Shown piece after piece: positions 36,737 to 45,993 of a DNA stretch of 64,000 bases. The position numbers and the translations under genes are program-made. A model generated the notes under the pieces. That model was given only the letters and a program-made list of their open reading frames with translations, was not told the DNA's origin and did no database searches. Source of the DNA: Anaeromyxobacteraceae bacterium (GTDB lineage: Bacteria; Myxococcota; Myxococcia; Myxococcales; Anaeromyxobacteraceae). Position 1 is the stretch's first letter; every line of letters starts with the position of its first letter. The DNA lies in contig JASGHJ010000001.1 in NCBI GenBank assembly GCA_047602405.1, positions 1,568,001-1,632,000 of the forward strand, in the 5' to 3' direction.

Positions 36737-39433
36737 CTAGCGGACCGGCCTCCCGTCGCCATCGAGCAGCGCAGGCACGGGAAATCCGGCCTTCTCCAGC
36801 TGCGGCAGGATGACCTTCCGGTCCCCCACGAGCACGATGGTCATTCCATCGAGCGCAAACGTGCCGTCCTTGGCCGTGGCGGCCGCCTTCGCCGCGTCGA
36901 TCGCCGAGAGCGCCTCGGCGTCGCGCCGGAGCGCGTCGGGCGGGTGGCCGTTCATCGCCTCGCGCGCGAGCAGCTCGCCGAGGCCCTGCGTGGTCTGCGC
37001 CTGCTCGACCATGCGGAACCGGAGGCTCTCCCGCACCTTCAGGAGCTCCGGCTCGGGGAGCCCCGCCGCGAGCGCGCCGAGCTCCTTCTTGATCTCGAGG
37101 AGCGCCGGCCCGGTCACCTCGGTCTGCACCGAGGTCGAGACGACGAAGGTGGTCTGGAGCCCGTCCTCGAGGACGCGGCTGCTTGCACCGTACGTGTACC
37201 CGTTCTTCTCGCGCAGGTTCTGGTTGAGGCGCGAGGTGAACGAGCCGCCGAGCGCGGTGTTGACCGCCTCGCGGGTGAGGCGCGCCACGTCGTCGGCGCG
37301 CGCGACGGGGCGGGCGAGCTGGATCACCGTCTGCGGCGCGCCGGGCCGGTCCACGAGGAACCAGCGCCCACCCCGCGTGGCCGTGATCGGCGCCGGCGCC
37401 GCCGCGGCCGCGGGGCCGCGCGCCTGCCACCTCCCGAAGCGGGCCTCGAGCGCCGCCTTCACCGCCGCGGCCTCGACGTCGCCCACCACCACGATCACCG
37501 CGCCGCGCGGGTCGAGGAGCCGCGGGGCGAGCGTGCGGACGTCGGCGGGCGTGGCCGAGGCGAGCGTCCGCGCGTAGCCGTCGGTGGGACGGCCGCGGTA
37601 GTCCTCCGGGCCGTAGAGCGTCGCCGCGGTCGCGACCGCGGCCACGGCGCGCGGCTCGGCCGCGCGGGCCTCGGCGCGGCTGCGGGCGAGGTCGAGCTCG
37701 CGCTCCACGTCGGCCTGCGCGAGGTTGGGGCGGAGGACCGCGTCGGCGACGAGGTCCAGGGTCGGGCCGAGCTTCGCCGCGAGGCCGACGAACGAGAGGT
37801 CGATCGCGTTGCGGGTGGCCCTCGCCTCCGCCTGCGCGCCGAGCGTGCGGATGGCGTCGGCCCACTCGGGCGCGCTCTTCCCGCCCGCGCCGGAGACGAG
37901 GAGCGCGGCGACGACCGAGGCGAGGCCGGACTTCTCGGCCGGCACGAGCCGCTCGCCGCCGGCCGCGAGGACGTGGCCGGAGACGAGCCCGCTCCCGGGC
38001 TGCCGCACGATCCGCACCTCGACGCCGTTCGAGAGCTTCGCGACCTCCGGCGCCGGGGCGGTGAACCTGCCGGGCGCGAGGTCGGCGGGGCGCTGGTCCG
38101 GGATGGCGGCCGCGACGTCGGAGGCCGGGAGCACGCGCAGGTCGAGGCGCCCCTCGCCGAGCGAGCGCGCCGCGTCCTTCACGCCCGCCGCGGTCGCGCC
38201 GGTGTAGCGGGCGAGGTCGCGGTCGAACGCGTCGGGCTCGCCGAAGAACGCCAGGTACTGGTTCATCCGGTCCGCGCGCCGCAGGAGCTGCTCCTTCTCC
38301 ACGCGGAACCGGGTCTCCATGCCCGCCTTCACGCGGGTGACCTCGGCCGGGGTCGGGCCCTTCGCCGCGAGCTCGGCGACCACCGCGAGCGTCTCGCGCT
38401 TCACGCGCTCGAGGTCCGCGCCCGGGACGCCCGTCACGTCGATGCGGAACCGCGACTGGAGGAGGTTCTCCTCGAACGTGGCGCTCACCTCGGTCGCGAG
38501 CCGGAGCTCCTGCACGAGCCGGCGGTCCAGGCGGGAGGAGGGCCCCTCGGAGAGGATGAGCGAGAGGAGATCACGCTCGGCGGTGCCCGGCGCGAACTGC
38601 GGCGGGCCGTGCCAGACGAGCGTCAGGCGGGGGAGCTCCACCTTGTCGGAGACCACCCGGCGGATCTCGTGGTCGAGCGCGACGGGCGCGGGGCGCGGGT
38701 GCGTCGGCGCGGCCCGGTTCGGGACCGCGCCGAACATCGCCTCGACCATCGGGCGGACCTTCTCCGGATCGAAGTCGCCGGCCACGACGAGCGTCGCGTT
38801 CGCGGGCACGTAGTGCTGGCGGAAGAACGCGGCGACGTCCTCCACGGAGGCGGCCTGGAGGTCGGCGTGCGAGCCGATGACCGGGTGGTGGTAGGGGTGG
38901 CCCTCCGGGTACATCACGTCGGGGATGACGAGCTCGGAGGCGCCGTACGGCGTGTTCTCGTACGACTGGCGCCGCTCGTTCCGCACCACGTCCCGCTGGA
39001 GGTCCACCTTCTCCTTCGTCATCGCCTGGTCGAGCGTGGCGAACCGGTCCGCGTCGAGCCAGAGCAGGGTGGGCAGGAGCGACGAGGGGCCGAAGGAGTA
39101 GTAGTTCGTCCGGTCCTCGGTCGTGGAGGCGTTGTTGGCGCCGCCGCCGCCCTCCATGATCACGTCGAACTGGTTCCCCTGCACGCGCTTCGTGCCCATG
39201 AACATCAGGTGCTCGAAGAGGTGCGCGAAGCCCGTGCGCCCGGGCACCTCGTCCTTCGAGCCGACGTGGAACCAGGTGTTCACGACGACCTGGGGCAGCC
39301 GGTGGTCCGGGTGGAGCACGACCGTCAGGCCGTTCGGCAGCGTGAAGGTCTGGAGCTCGAGCCTGGCCGGGGTGGGTGCGCCGGACGGCGCAGGGGCGAG
39401 CAGCGTGACGGCGAGTGCGAGCGGTGCGAGCAC
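36737..39433 (-). CDS. M16 family zinc peptidase (fused two-half)
   Basis: GGAGG RBS, signal peptide, HLFEH, SRLNQNLREKNGYTYGA. Confidence 0.92.
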   Translation of the reverse strand: MLAPLALAVTLLAPAPSGAPTPARLELQTFTLPNGLTVVLHPDHRLPQVVVNTWFHVGSKDEVPGRTGFAHLFEHLMFMGTKRVQGNQFDVIMEGGGGANNASTTEDRTNYYSFGPSSLLPTLLWLDADRFATLDQAMTKEKVDLQRDVVRNERRQSYENTPYGASELVIPDVMYPEGHPYHHPVIGSHADLQAASVEDVAAFFRQHYVPANATLVVAGDFDPEKVRPMVEAMFGAVPNRAAPTHPRPAPVALDHEIRRVVSDKVELPRLTLVWHGPPQFAPGTAERDLLSLILSEGPSSRLDRRLVQELRLATEVSATFEENLLQSRFRIDVTGVPGADLERVKRETLAVVAELAAKGPTPAEVTRVKAGMETRFRVEKEQLLRRADRMNQYLAFFGEPDAFDRDLARYTGATAAGVKDAARSLGEGRLDLRVLPASDVAAAIPDQRPADLAPGRFTAPAPEVAKLSNGVEVRIVRQPGSGLVSGHVLAAGGERLVPAEKSGLASVVAALLVSGAGGKSAPEWADAIRTLGAQAEARATRNAIDLSFVGLAAKLGPTLDLVADAVLRPNLAQADVERELDLARSRAEARAAEPRAVAAVATAATLYGPEDYRGRPTDGYARTLASATPADVRTLAPRLLDPRGAVIVVVGDVEAAAVKAALEARFGRWQARGPAAAAAPAPITATRGGRWFLVDRPGAPQTVIQLARPVARADDVARLTREAVNTALGGSFTSRLNQNLREKNGYTYGASSRVLEDGLQTTFVVSTSVQTEVTGPALLEIKKELGALAAGLPEPELLKVRESLRFRMVEQAQTTQGLGELLAREAMNGHPPDALRRDAEALSAIDAAKAAATAKDGTFALDGMTIVLVGDRKVILPQLEKAGFPVPALLDGDGRPVR

Positions 39434-39514
39434 ATGACCTCCGGACGGGGGACAGGGCGGGGCGCCGCTACAGGGAGTGCGGCCGGCCCGCGACGTGACA
39501 TGGTAAAGGACGGC

Positions 39515-39622
39515 GTGCGCCAGCGCCTCGCATTCCTCGCCGCCGCCGCCGTGGGGCTCTTCCTCCTCGTGGCCGCCGCGCTCTTCGCCCTCTCCAGGGC
39601 CCTGGGGCCTCACCAGCCGTGA
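39515..39622 (+). CDS. Small single-TM protein coupled to the ferric reductase gene
   Basis: VRQRLAFLAAAAVGLFLLVAAALFALSRALGPHQP; stop overlaps the next start (GTGA). Confidence 0.45.
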   Translation: MRQRLAFLAAAAVGLFLLVAAALFALSRALGPHQP

Positions 39623-40977
39623 CGCAGCCGCCGAAGCCCCACATCACCGTCGAGGCCCGCGACTTCACCCGCTCCGCACTGTGGGTCGCGCTCTACGTCC
39701 TCCTCGCGCTCTACCCGCTCCTGTGGCTCGCGGCGGTGCCCGTGCCACGCGGCGCGACGTTCCGCGACGACCTCGGCGGCGCGCTCGGCTTCCTCGCGCT
39801 CTCGATGATGGCGATGCAGTTCCTGCTCACCGCCCGCTTCACCTGGCTCGCGCCTCCGTTCGGGACCGACCTCGTCTACGCGTTCCACCGGCACATCACC
39901 GCCGCGATGGTCGCGTTCGCGGTGCTCCACCCGCTCGTGCTCCTCGGCGGCGAGTTCTGGACCTGGTGGGAGCTGCTCCTGCCGTGGGAGGCGCCCTGGG
40001 AGATGGGCGCGGGCGTGATCTCGCTCTACGCGCTCCTCGTGGTGTCGCTCACGAGCTGGTTCCGCAAGCGCTGGAAGCTCCCGTACGACGGCTGGCGGAA
40101 GGTGCACGGTATCCTCGCCACGGTGGCGGTCGTGCTCGGGCTCTGGCACGGGCTCGCCGCGCAGCGCCTCCTCGAGGCGCCGGTCGTCCGCTGGCTGTGG
40201 CTCCTCTGGACGCTCGCCTGGGCCGCGCTGATCCTCCGCGTGCGCATGGCGAAGCCGCTCACGCTGCTGCGCCGGCCGTACGTCGTCCACGAGGTCCGGC
40301 CCGAGCCCGGCGACGCGGTCACGCTCGTGCTCGATCCGAACGGCCACCCGGGGTTCCGCTTCCGCTCGGGCCAGTTCGCGTGGCTCTCCGTCGGGAGCTC
40401 GCCCTTCGCCGCGGCCGAGCACCCGTTCTCGATCGCCTCCTCGAGCCAGCGCGCGCCGCGCATCGAGATGCTCATCAAGGCCGCCGGCGACTTCACCCGC
40501 GGCCTCGCCGAGCGCGTGAAGGAGGGCGATCGGGCCTACGTCGATGGGCCCTTCGGCACGATGAGCATCGACGCGGTGCCCGACGAGGACGGCTACTGCT
40601 TCATCGCGGGCGGCGTCGGGCTCGCGCCCTGCCTCTCGATGATCCGCACGCTGGCCGACCGGGGCGACCGCCGGCAGCACGCGCTCGTCTACGCGACCGT
40701 CGAGTGGGACAAGACCCCGCACATCGAGACGCTGAAGGCGCTCCAGGAGCGGCTCGCGCTGAAGGTCGTGCACGTGGTGGAGAAGCCCCCGCAGGGTTGG
40801 ACCGGCGAGTCGGGCTTCATCACCCAGGCGATGCTCGAGCGGGTGCTCCCGACCGGTGGCCGCCGCTCGTACTTCATCTGCGGCCCGCCCCGCATGATGG
40901 ACGTGGTGGAAAATGCGCTTGCACGGATGGGCGTCCCGCTCGGGCAGATCCACTCCGAGCGGTTCGACCTTGTTTGA
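39619..40977 (+). CDS. Ferric reductase-like transmembrane flavocytochrome (bacterial NOX-like)
   Basis: TM His pairs, HPFSI, GDFT, DGPFG, IAGGVG.AP and CGPP motifs. Confidence 0.9.
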   Translation: MTQPPKPHITVEARDFTRSALWVALYVLLALYPLLWLAAVPVPRGATFRDDLGGALGFLALSMMAMQFLLTARFTWLAPPFGTDLVYAFHRHITAAMVAFAVLHPLVLLGGEFWTWWELLLPWEAPWEMGAGVISLYALLVVSLTSWFRKRWKLPYDGWRKVHGILATVAVVLGLWHGLAAQRLLEAPVVRWLWLLWTLAWAALILRVRMAKPLTLLRRPYVVHEVRPEPGDAVTLVLDPNGHPGFRFRSGQFAWLSVGSSPFAAAEHPFSIASSSQRAPRIEMLIKAAGDFTRGLAERVKEGDRAYVDGPFGTMSIDAVPDEDGYCFIAGGVGLAPCLSMIRTLADRGDRRQHALVYATVEWDKTPHIETLKALQERLALKVVHVVEKPPQGWTGESGFITQAMLERVLPTGGRRSYFICGPPRMMDVVENALARMGVPLGQIHSERFDLV

Positions 40978-41089
40978 CGGGGGCGCTCGTCCCTCGACTC
41001 CGGCCCGCTGACGCGGGCCCTACGCTCGGGATGAACGGGCCGCCCCCGCCCCGGCGAGGCGGCTCGCCGGGGCCCCACCCCCGGCAGCA
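40971..41089. repeat. Family B element with a family A element nested inside
   Basis: TGTTTGACGGGGGCG[A copy]CGCCCCCGCCCCGGCGAG...GGGGCCCCACCCCCGGCAGCA. Confidence 0.88.
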
Positions 41090-41198
41090 ATCCCGTAACG
41101 CAGTGCACCGCCGGTGTACCCTGTCCGTGTCCTCGGGCGACGGGACCCCACCGTGCGTTGAAACACGCAACAGACCGTCTACTGTCGGGCGCTCGCGC

Positions 41199-41585
41199 AT
41201 GGAGACGCCCTCCCGCCCACCGCATCCGTTCGAAGACGGCCGGCTCTCCTACCTCCAGCTGCCGGCCGTCGACCTCGCCGTGTCGGCACGGTTCTACGCG
41301 GGCGTGTTCGGGTGGCGCTGCACGGGCGAGGGCGCGCGGCACCGCGCGTTCACGGACGCGACCGGCCACATGATCGGCGCCTTCATCACCGGGCGGCTGC
41401 CGACCGGCGCGCCCGGGATCCTGCCCTACGTCTACGTGCACGGCATCGACGCGGCGCTCGCGCGGGTGGTCGCGTACGGCGGCGAGGTGGTGCGCAGCCC
41501 GTACCCCGAGGGCGCGCTGTGGGCCGCCACCTTCCGGGATCCCGCCGGCAACGTGCTCGGCGTGTGGCAGCACGGGCCGCGGTAG
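41199..41585 (+). CDS. VOC/glyoxalase family protein
   Basis: FY.GVFGW and FRDPAGN.LG.WQ motifs. Confidence 0.88.
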   Translation: METPSRPPHPFEDGRLSYLQLPAVDLAVSARFYAGVFGWRCTGEGARHRAFTDATGHMIGAFITGRLPTGAPGILPYVYVHGIDAALARVVAYGGEVVRSPYPEGALWAATFRDPAGNVLGVWQHGPR

Positions 41586-41599
41586 GCCCGCGCCTCCCC

Positions 41600-42217
41600 T
41601 CAGAGCTTCCGGCCGGGAATCGCGAGCGGCTCCTCCGCGAGCGGCTTGCCGGTCCTGGGGTCGAGCACGCGGATCGCGAAGAAGTTCGCCGCAAGACCGC
41701 GCTGGTCGCCGAGGGTCCAGGGCTTCCTCGGCGTGAAGACGAGCTCCACGTCGACCGGGCCGGCCCGGAGCGCCGCCTCGAGCGCCGCGCGGTCGGCCGC
41801 GGCCGTGTCGGGGGGGAAGTAGACCTGCGTCTCGAGGTTGCGCGTCGCGGGCTCGCCGCCCTCCTCGATCGCCTCGGGCGTGCCGTGCGTCAGCGAGCCC
41901 TGCCCCGCCGGCACGCGCGAGGAGACGAGCAGGAAGAGCGCGTCGCCGCGGGGCAGGATCCGGACGAGGCCCGCGCCGGAGACGCGCGCGAGCTTCTGGT
42001 GGTCGTGGGAGGACGCGAGGAGCTTCGCGACGTCCCTCTGGCAGCGGGCCTTCGCGGCGGCGCTCCCGGCGCACGGCGTGGTGGCGCGCGCGACGTACGC
42101 GGCGAGGTCCGGCACGCGGGTGGCCTTGTCGAAGAACGACGCGAGGTCCCCGCCGCGGGCGGCGACGGGCAGGGCGAGGGCGAAGGCGGCGAGGAGCGGC
42201 GCGGCGAGACGGGGCAT
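41600..42217 (-). CDS. Hypothetical exported protein
   Basis: GGAGG RBS, signal peptide, typical codon usage. Confidence 0.65.
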   Translation of the reverse strand: MPRLAAPLLAAFALALPVAARGGDLASFFDKATRVPDLAAYVARATTPCAGSAAAKARCQRDVAKLLASSHDHQKLARVSGAGLVRILPRGDALFLLVSSRVPAGQGSLTHGTPEAIEEGGEPATRNLETQVYFPPDTAAADRAALEAALRAGPVDVELVFTPRKPWTLGDQRGLAANFFAIRVLDPRTGKPLAEEPLAIPGRKL

Positions 42218-42283
42218 GCGGCCTCCGGGCGGGAGGCCGTTCCATAGCGAGCGGGCGCCGGGTCCGCCAGCGCTCGGGACGGC

Positions 42284-42700
42284 TCAGGCCCCGATCACGT
42301 GGAAGCCGCTCGCGCGGGCGGCGGCCGCGAGCGCATGATCGTGCGTCGCGAAGTGAAGCGGCTCGTTCACCTCCCACCACGCCTGCGCCGAGACGAGGTG
42401 GATGGCATCGAGCGTGCCGAGGGCGACGGGCAACGGCTGCGAGGCGCGCATCAGGACGCTGCGGGTGAGCTCCACCACCTCGAGCTCCTCGAAGAGCCGG
42501 TAGGCCTCCTCGCGCCGCCGGGCGATGGCGCGGAAGTCCAGGGAGGGGGCGGCGAAGCGAAGACGATCGAGCGTGCGGAGGAGCTCGGTCTCCGTGAGCG
42601 CGCTCGTCACGGCGAGCTCGATCTCGTCCCACTCCTGGAGCGGGTCTCGTTCCCCGAGGAGACGGCGCACCAGCACCGAGGTGTCGAGGTAGGCCCTCAC
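42284..42700 (-). CDS. VapC-family PIN domain toxin
   Basis: YLDTS, SALT..E, LDAIHL and THD motifs. Confidence 0.9.
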   Translation of the reverse strand: MRAYLDTSVLVRRLLGERDPLQEWDEIELAVTSALTETELLRTLDRLRFAAPSLDFRAIARRREEAYRLFEELEVVELTRSVLMRASQPLPVALGTLDAIHLVSAQAWWEVNEPLHFATHDHALAAAARASGFHVIGA

Positions 42701-42957
42701 CGCTTGTTCCGGTCCTCGAGGACGAGCGCGAGGCTGGAGACCGGGAGGTCGAGCGGATCCAGGCGCCGGAGGCGCTTCTTCGCCTCCGAGAACGGTCGCA
42801 AGGCCGGGCGGATGACGATCCCGCTCGGAGGGCCGGCCGGGACCACCTGCGCGACGGGCGTGGTCCGCTCCATCACGAGCAGCACCTCGCCCTGCTTCAC
42901 CTCCCGCAGGTGGCTGGAGAGGTGCGCCTTGAGGTCCGCGATTCCGACCTTCTTCAT
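42697..42957 (-). CDS. Phd/YefM-family antitoxin
   Basis: MKKVGIADLKAHLS..L..V..GE...V..R..PVA; ATGA overlap with the toxin gene. Confidence 0.9.
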   Translation of the reverse strand: MKKVGIADLKAHLSSHLREVKQGEVLLVMERTTPVAQVVPAGPPSGIVIRPALRPFSEAKKRLRRLDPLDLPVSSLALVLEDRNKR

Positions 42958-42992
42958 GACCACATGATGGTCATGACAGGTCATGTTGTCAA
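42955..42992 (-). promoter_or_regulatory. TA promoter with overlapping palindromic operators
   Basis: TTGACA-17 bp-CATCAT; CATGACC/GGTCATG and CATGAC/GTCATG inverted repeats. Confidence 0.7.
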
Positions 42993-43021
42993 GGCGACCC
43001 GGGACCTACGGCCCGCCCCGC

Positions 43022-44059
43022 CTACCCCAGCGCCACCTTCAGCATCGCGTCGTTCTCGGCCGGCATGCCGATCGAGATCCGGATGCAGCCCTCGAGCCCC
43101 GCGTAGTGGTCCTGGCGGCGCACGAGGATGCCGGCGGCGAGGAACTTCTGGTACGCGGCCGCGGCGTCCGGCGTGCGCACGAGGAGGAAGTTGCCGGCGG
43201 ACGGGTAAACCTTCCAGGCGGGGTGCTGCTCGAGCGCCGCGAGCACCCGCGCGCGCTCGGCGCGGATGCGCTCGACGAGCGGCTGCACGTAGCCAGGGGA
43301 CTCGAGCGCGGCGAGCAGGATCGCGGTCGTGTGCACCGGGATGCAGAACGGCGGGATGCAGGCGCGGACCACGGACGCCACCCGCCGCGAGCCGAGCAGG
43401 TAGCCCGCGCGGATGCCGCCGAGCGACCAGGACTTCGAGAACGTGCGGAGGATCGCGACGTGCTCGTTCGCGCGCGCGAGCGGCCGGAAGTCTGTGCCGG
43501 CGAACGCCTGGTACGCCTCGTCGACGACGAGGAGCCAGCCCCGCTCGGCGGCGCGGGCCGCGAGCCGCTCCACGTCGGCGGCGGCGAACATCGCGCCGGT
43601 CGGCGCGTGCGGCACCGGGAGGAAGCAGACGCCGGGCGGGCCCGCCATCTCGGCGAGGAGCCCCACGAGCGGGAGGGTGAAGCCGGGCCCGAGCGGGAGG
43701 CCCTTCCACGGCGTGCCCGCCGCGGCGGCGCCGCCCTTGTAGTACGGGAACGCCGGGACCGTATCGAGCACGCTCCGCGCCGCCATCGCGAGCGCGAGGC
43801 AGAGCAGGTTCGAGCCGGGCGCGAGCACCACGCCCTCCTCCGGCCAGCCCTCGTGCCGCGCGAGCGCCGCGCGCACGTCCTCGGCGTGCAGCTCCGGATA
43901 GCGGTTCCAGTCGAGCCGCGCGAGCCGCTCGAGCGCCTTCGCCTTCACGGCGGGCGGGAGGTCCTCGGGGCTCTCGTTCTGGTCGAGCTTGATGCGCGCG
44001 TCGCTCTTCGCGTACGGGTAGTCCGCGACGTTCGCGAGGTGGGGCTTGAAGGCGTCCAT
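43022..44059 (-). CDS. hisC: Histidinol-phosphate aminotransferase
   Basis: IKLDQNESP, NRYP, GSN, VDEAY and RTFSK..LGG.R.GY motifs. Confidence 0.85.
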   Translation of the reverse strand: MDAFKPHLANVADYPYAKSDARIKLDQNESPEDLPPAVKAKALERLARLDWNRYPELHAEDVRAALARHEGWPEEGVVLAPGSNLLCLALAMAARSVLDTVPAFPYYKGGAAAAGTPWKGLPLGPGFTLPLVGLLAEMAGPPGVCFLPVPHAPTGAMFAAADVERLAARAAERGWLLVVDEAYQAFAGTDFRPLARANEHVAILRTFSKSWSLGGIRAGYLLGSRRVASVVRACIPPFCIPVHTTAILLAALESPGYVQPLVERIRAERARVLAALEQHPAWKVYPSAGNFLLVRTPDAAAAYQKFLAAGILVRRQDHYAGLEGCIRISIGMPAENDAMLKVALG

Positions 44060-44287
44060 CGGTCGTTCGAGTCCTGCCGTGTCGCTACGGCTCCAGCACC
44101 GCGTTCACCACCACCGCCGCGAGCAGCCCGACGACCGCCGGGCCCGAGCCGCCTCAGGCCCCGCAGCCGAGGGCGGGCACCGCGAAGGTGATCCCCGCCC
44201 CCGCGAGCCCGGCCGCGGCCGCCATCCAGCCGCGGTGCCGCATGAGCCACTCGCGCAACGGCGTCATGTCCGGTACCTATCACCTCC

Positions 44288-44728
44288 ATGGCTTACCTGC
44301 TCGTCCTCTTCGCCCTCCTCGCCGGCGTCAGCCTGCCGGTGCAGGCCGGCGTCAACGCCGCCCTCGCGCGCGGCGTCGGCCGCCCGGAGTGGGCCGGCGT
44401 CGTGTCCTTCGCGGTGGGCCTCGTCGGCATCGCCGCCTACGCGCTCGTCTCCCGCGCGCGCGTCCCGACCACCGCCGAGCTCGCCGGCATCCCGGGCTGG
44501 GCCTGGACCGGCGGCCTCATCGGCGCGTTCTACGTGACGAGCGTCATCCTGCTCACGCCCCGGCTCGGCATCGCGCTCACGATGGGCTTCGCCGTCGCCG
44601 GCCAGCTCGTCGGCGCGCTCGTGCTCGACCAGATCGGCGCGTTCGGGCTCGACGCGCGGCCGGTGACCACGTCGCGCGCGATCGGCGTCGTGCTGCTGAT
44701 CGTCTCGGTGCTGCTCATCCGGCGGTAG
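44288..44728 (+). CDS. YdcZ-like DMT transporter
   Basis: Q..VNA.L, W.W.GG.IGA.YV and GQL...L.LD..G.FG motifs. Confidence 0.88.
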   Translation: MAYLLVLFALLAGVSLPVQAGVNAALARGVGRPEWAGVVSFAVGLVGIAAYALVSRARVPTTAELAGIPGWAWTGGLIGAFYVTSVILLTPRLGIALTMGFAVAGQLVGALVLDQIGAFGLDARPVTTSRAIGVVLLIVSVLLIRR

Positions 44729-44844
44729 CCGGCCGGCGCCTGGCGTGGCGGGCGCGGCGCTGGTCGGGACTCGGCCCGCGGCCGGGCGGTGAGACGCGGC
44801 GTTTCTCCCGCCGGGTCGTACCGATCGTGAGACACTCGGGGCGC

Positions 44845-45816
44845 ATGCGCTCCGTGCTCTCCCGCCTCGCCGCGTGGCTGCGCCGCGCACCTCCCGCGCC
44901 CGACCTCTCCGCGCCCGCCGGCCCGGAGGCGCCCTCCTCGGCGGCGGTGGAGGCGAACGATCGAGGTCACGCTGCGCGGGACGCGAGCGACCTCGAGGCG
45001 GCGGTCCTGGCCTACGGGGAAGCCGCGCGGCTCGCGCCGGGCTGGGAGGCGGCCTGGTTCAACCTGGGCATCGTCACGAAGCAGTCCGGGCGCTGGGACG
45101 CGTGCCGCGACGCCTGCCGGCGCGCGCTCGCGCTCGAGCCGAGCGAGGGCGCCTGGTGGAACCTCGCCGTCGCCTGCACCGCGCTCGGCGACTGGGCGGG
45201 CGCTCGCGAGGGCTGGCGCGCGTGCGGCATCGAGGTGCCGGACGGGGATGGGCCGCTCGAGATGCACCTCGGGTCCGTGCCGATCCGCGTAGATCCCGGC
45301 GGGTCCGCCGAGGTGGTCTGGTGCGACCGCATCGACCCCGCGCGCGCGATCGTCCGCAACGTCCCGATGCCGGAGTGCGGTCGCCGATACGGAGACCTCG
45401 TGCTGCACGACGGTGCACCGAACGGCTACCGGAAGCGGGGCGACCGCGAGGTCCCTGTGTTCGACGAACTCGCGCTGCTCGCGGCCTCGGGACGGTCCAC
45501 GTTCGTGGTGACGACCGACCAGCCGACGCCGGAGGACTCGTCCGCGCTCGCGGCCGCGTTCGAGGCCGCCAGGCTCCCCGCCGAGGACTGGACACTCCAG
45601 GTCCGCATGATCTGCAAGGCGTGCAGCGAGGGACGGCCGCACGCGGAGGGTGAGGAGCACGCACCGGACCCCGAGTGGAAGACGAGCCACGAGGTGGGCA
45701 TCGCAGCGGTGAGCGTCGAGCCCGTGCTCGCGGTGCTCTCGGCTTGGGCGACGGGCGGGTCCGGGCGCGGGTACGGAACGCTGGAGCTGGCCCTCGCGGG
45801 CACCGCGTCGGCCTGA
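44845..45816 (+). CDS. TPR-repeat protein with uncharacterised C-terminal domain
   Basis: TPRs (WFNLG, WWNLA), LHDGAPNG and ICKACSEG motifs. Confidence 0.75.
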   Translation: MRSVLSRLAAWLRRAPPAPDLSAPAGPEAPSSAAVEANDRGHAARDASDLEAAVLAYGEAARLAPGWEAAWFNLGIVTKQSGRWDACRDACRRALALEPSEGAWWNLAVACTALGDWAGAREGWRACGIEVPDGDGPLEMHLGSVPIRVDPGGSAEVVWCDRIDPARAIVRNVPMPECGRRYGDLVLHDGAPNGYRKRGDREVPVFDELALLAASGRSTFVVTTDQPTPEDSSALAAAFEAARLPAEDWTLQVRMICKACSEGRPHAEGEEHAPDPEWKTSHEVGIAAVSVEPVLAVLSAWATGGSGRGYGTLELALAGTASA

Positions 45817-45993
45817 ACACCGACGTCCTCACGCCCCGAAAGTTACGCCACCGGTGGAGGGCATGGCGGATTCCGGGGTCACTCCAAGGAATGTCCTCGG
45901 GGCCTCGGTCCGCTTCCTCGCTGCGACCGTCCTCCCACACCCACCTTCCTCCTCTCCCTCGTCCGCGCGCAGGGCGCGTGCGATCCTCTCCCG

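Noticed and set aside
41617..41622. Other GAATC/GATTC sites (41617, 42939, 47534, 53216, 58525) as further frameshifts
   Set aside because: Reading frames stay sensible through them and they lack the preceding A of AGAATC
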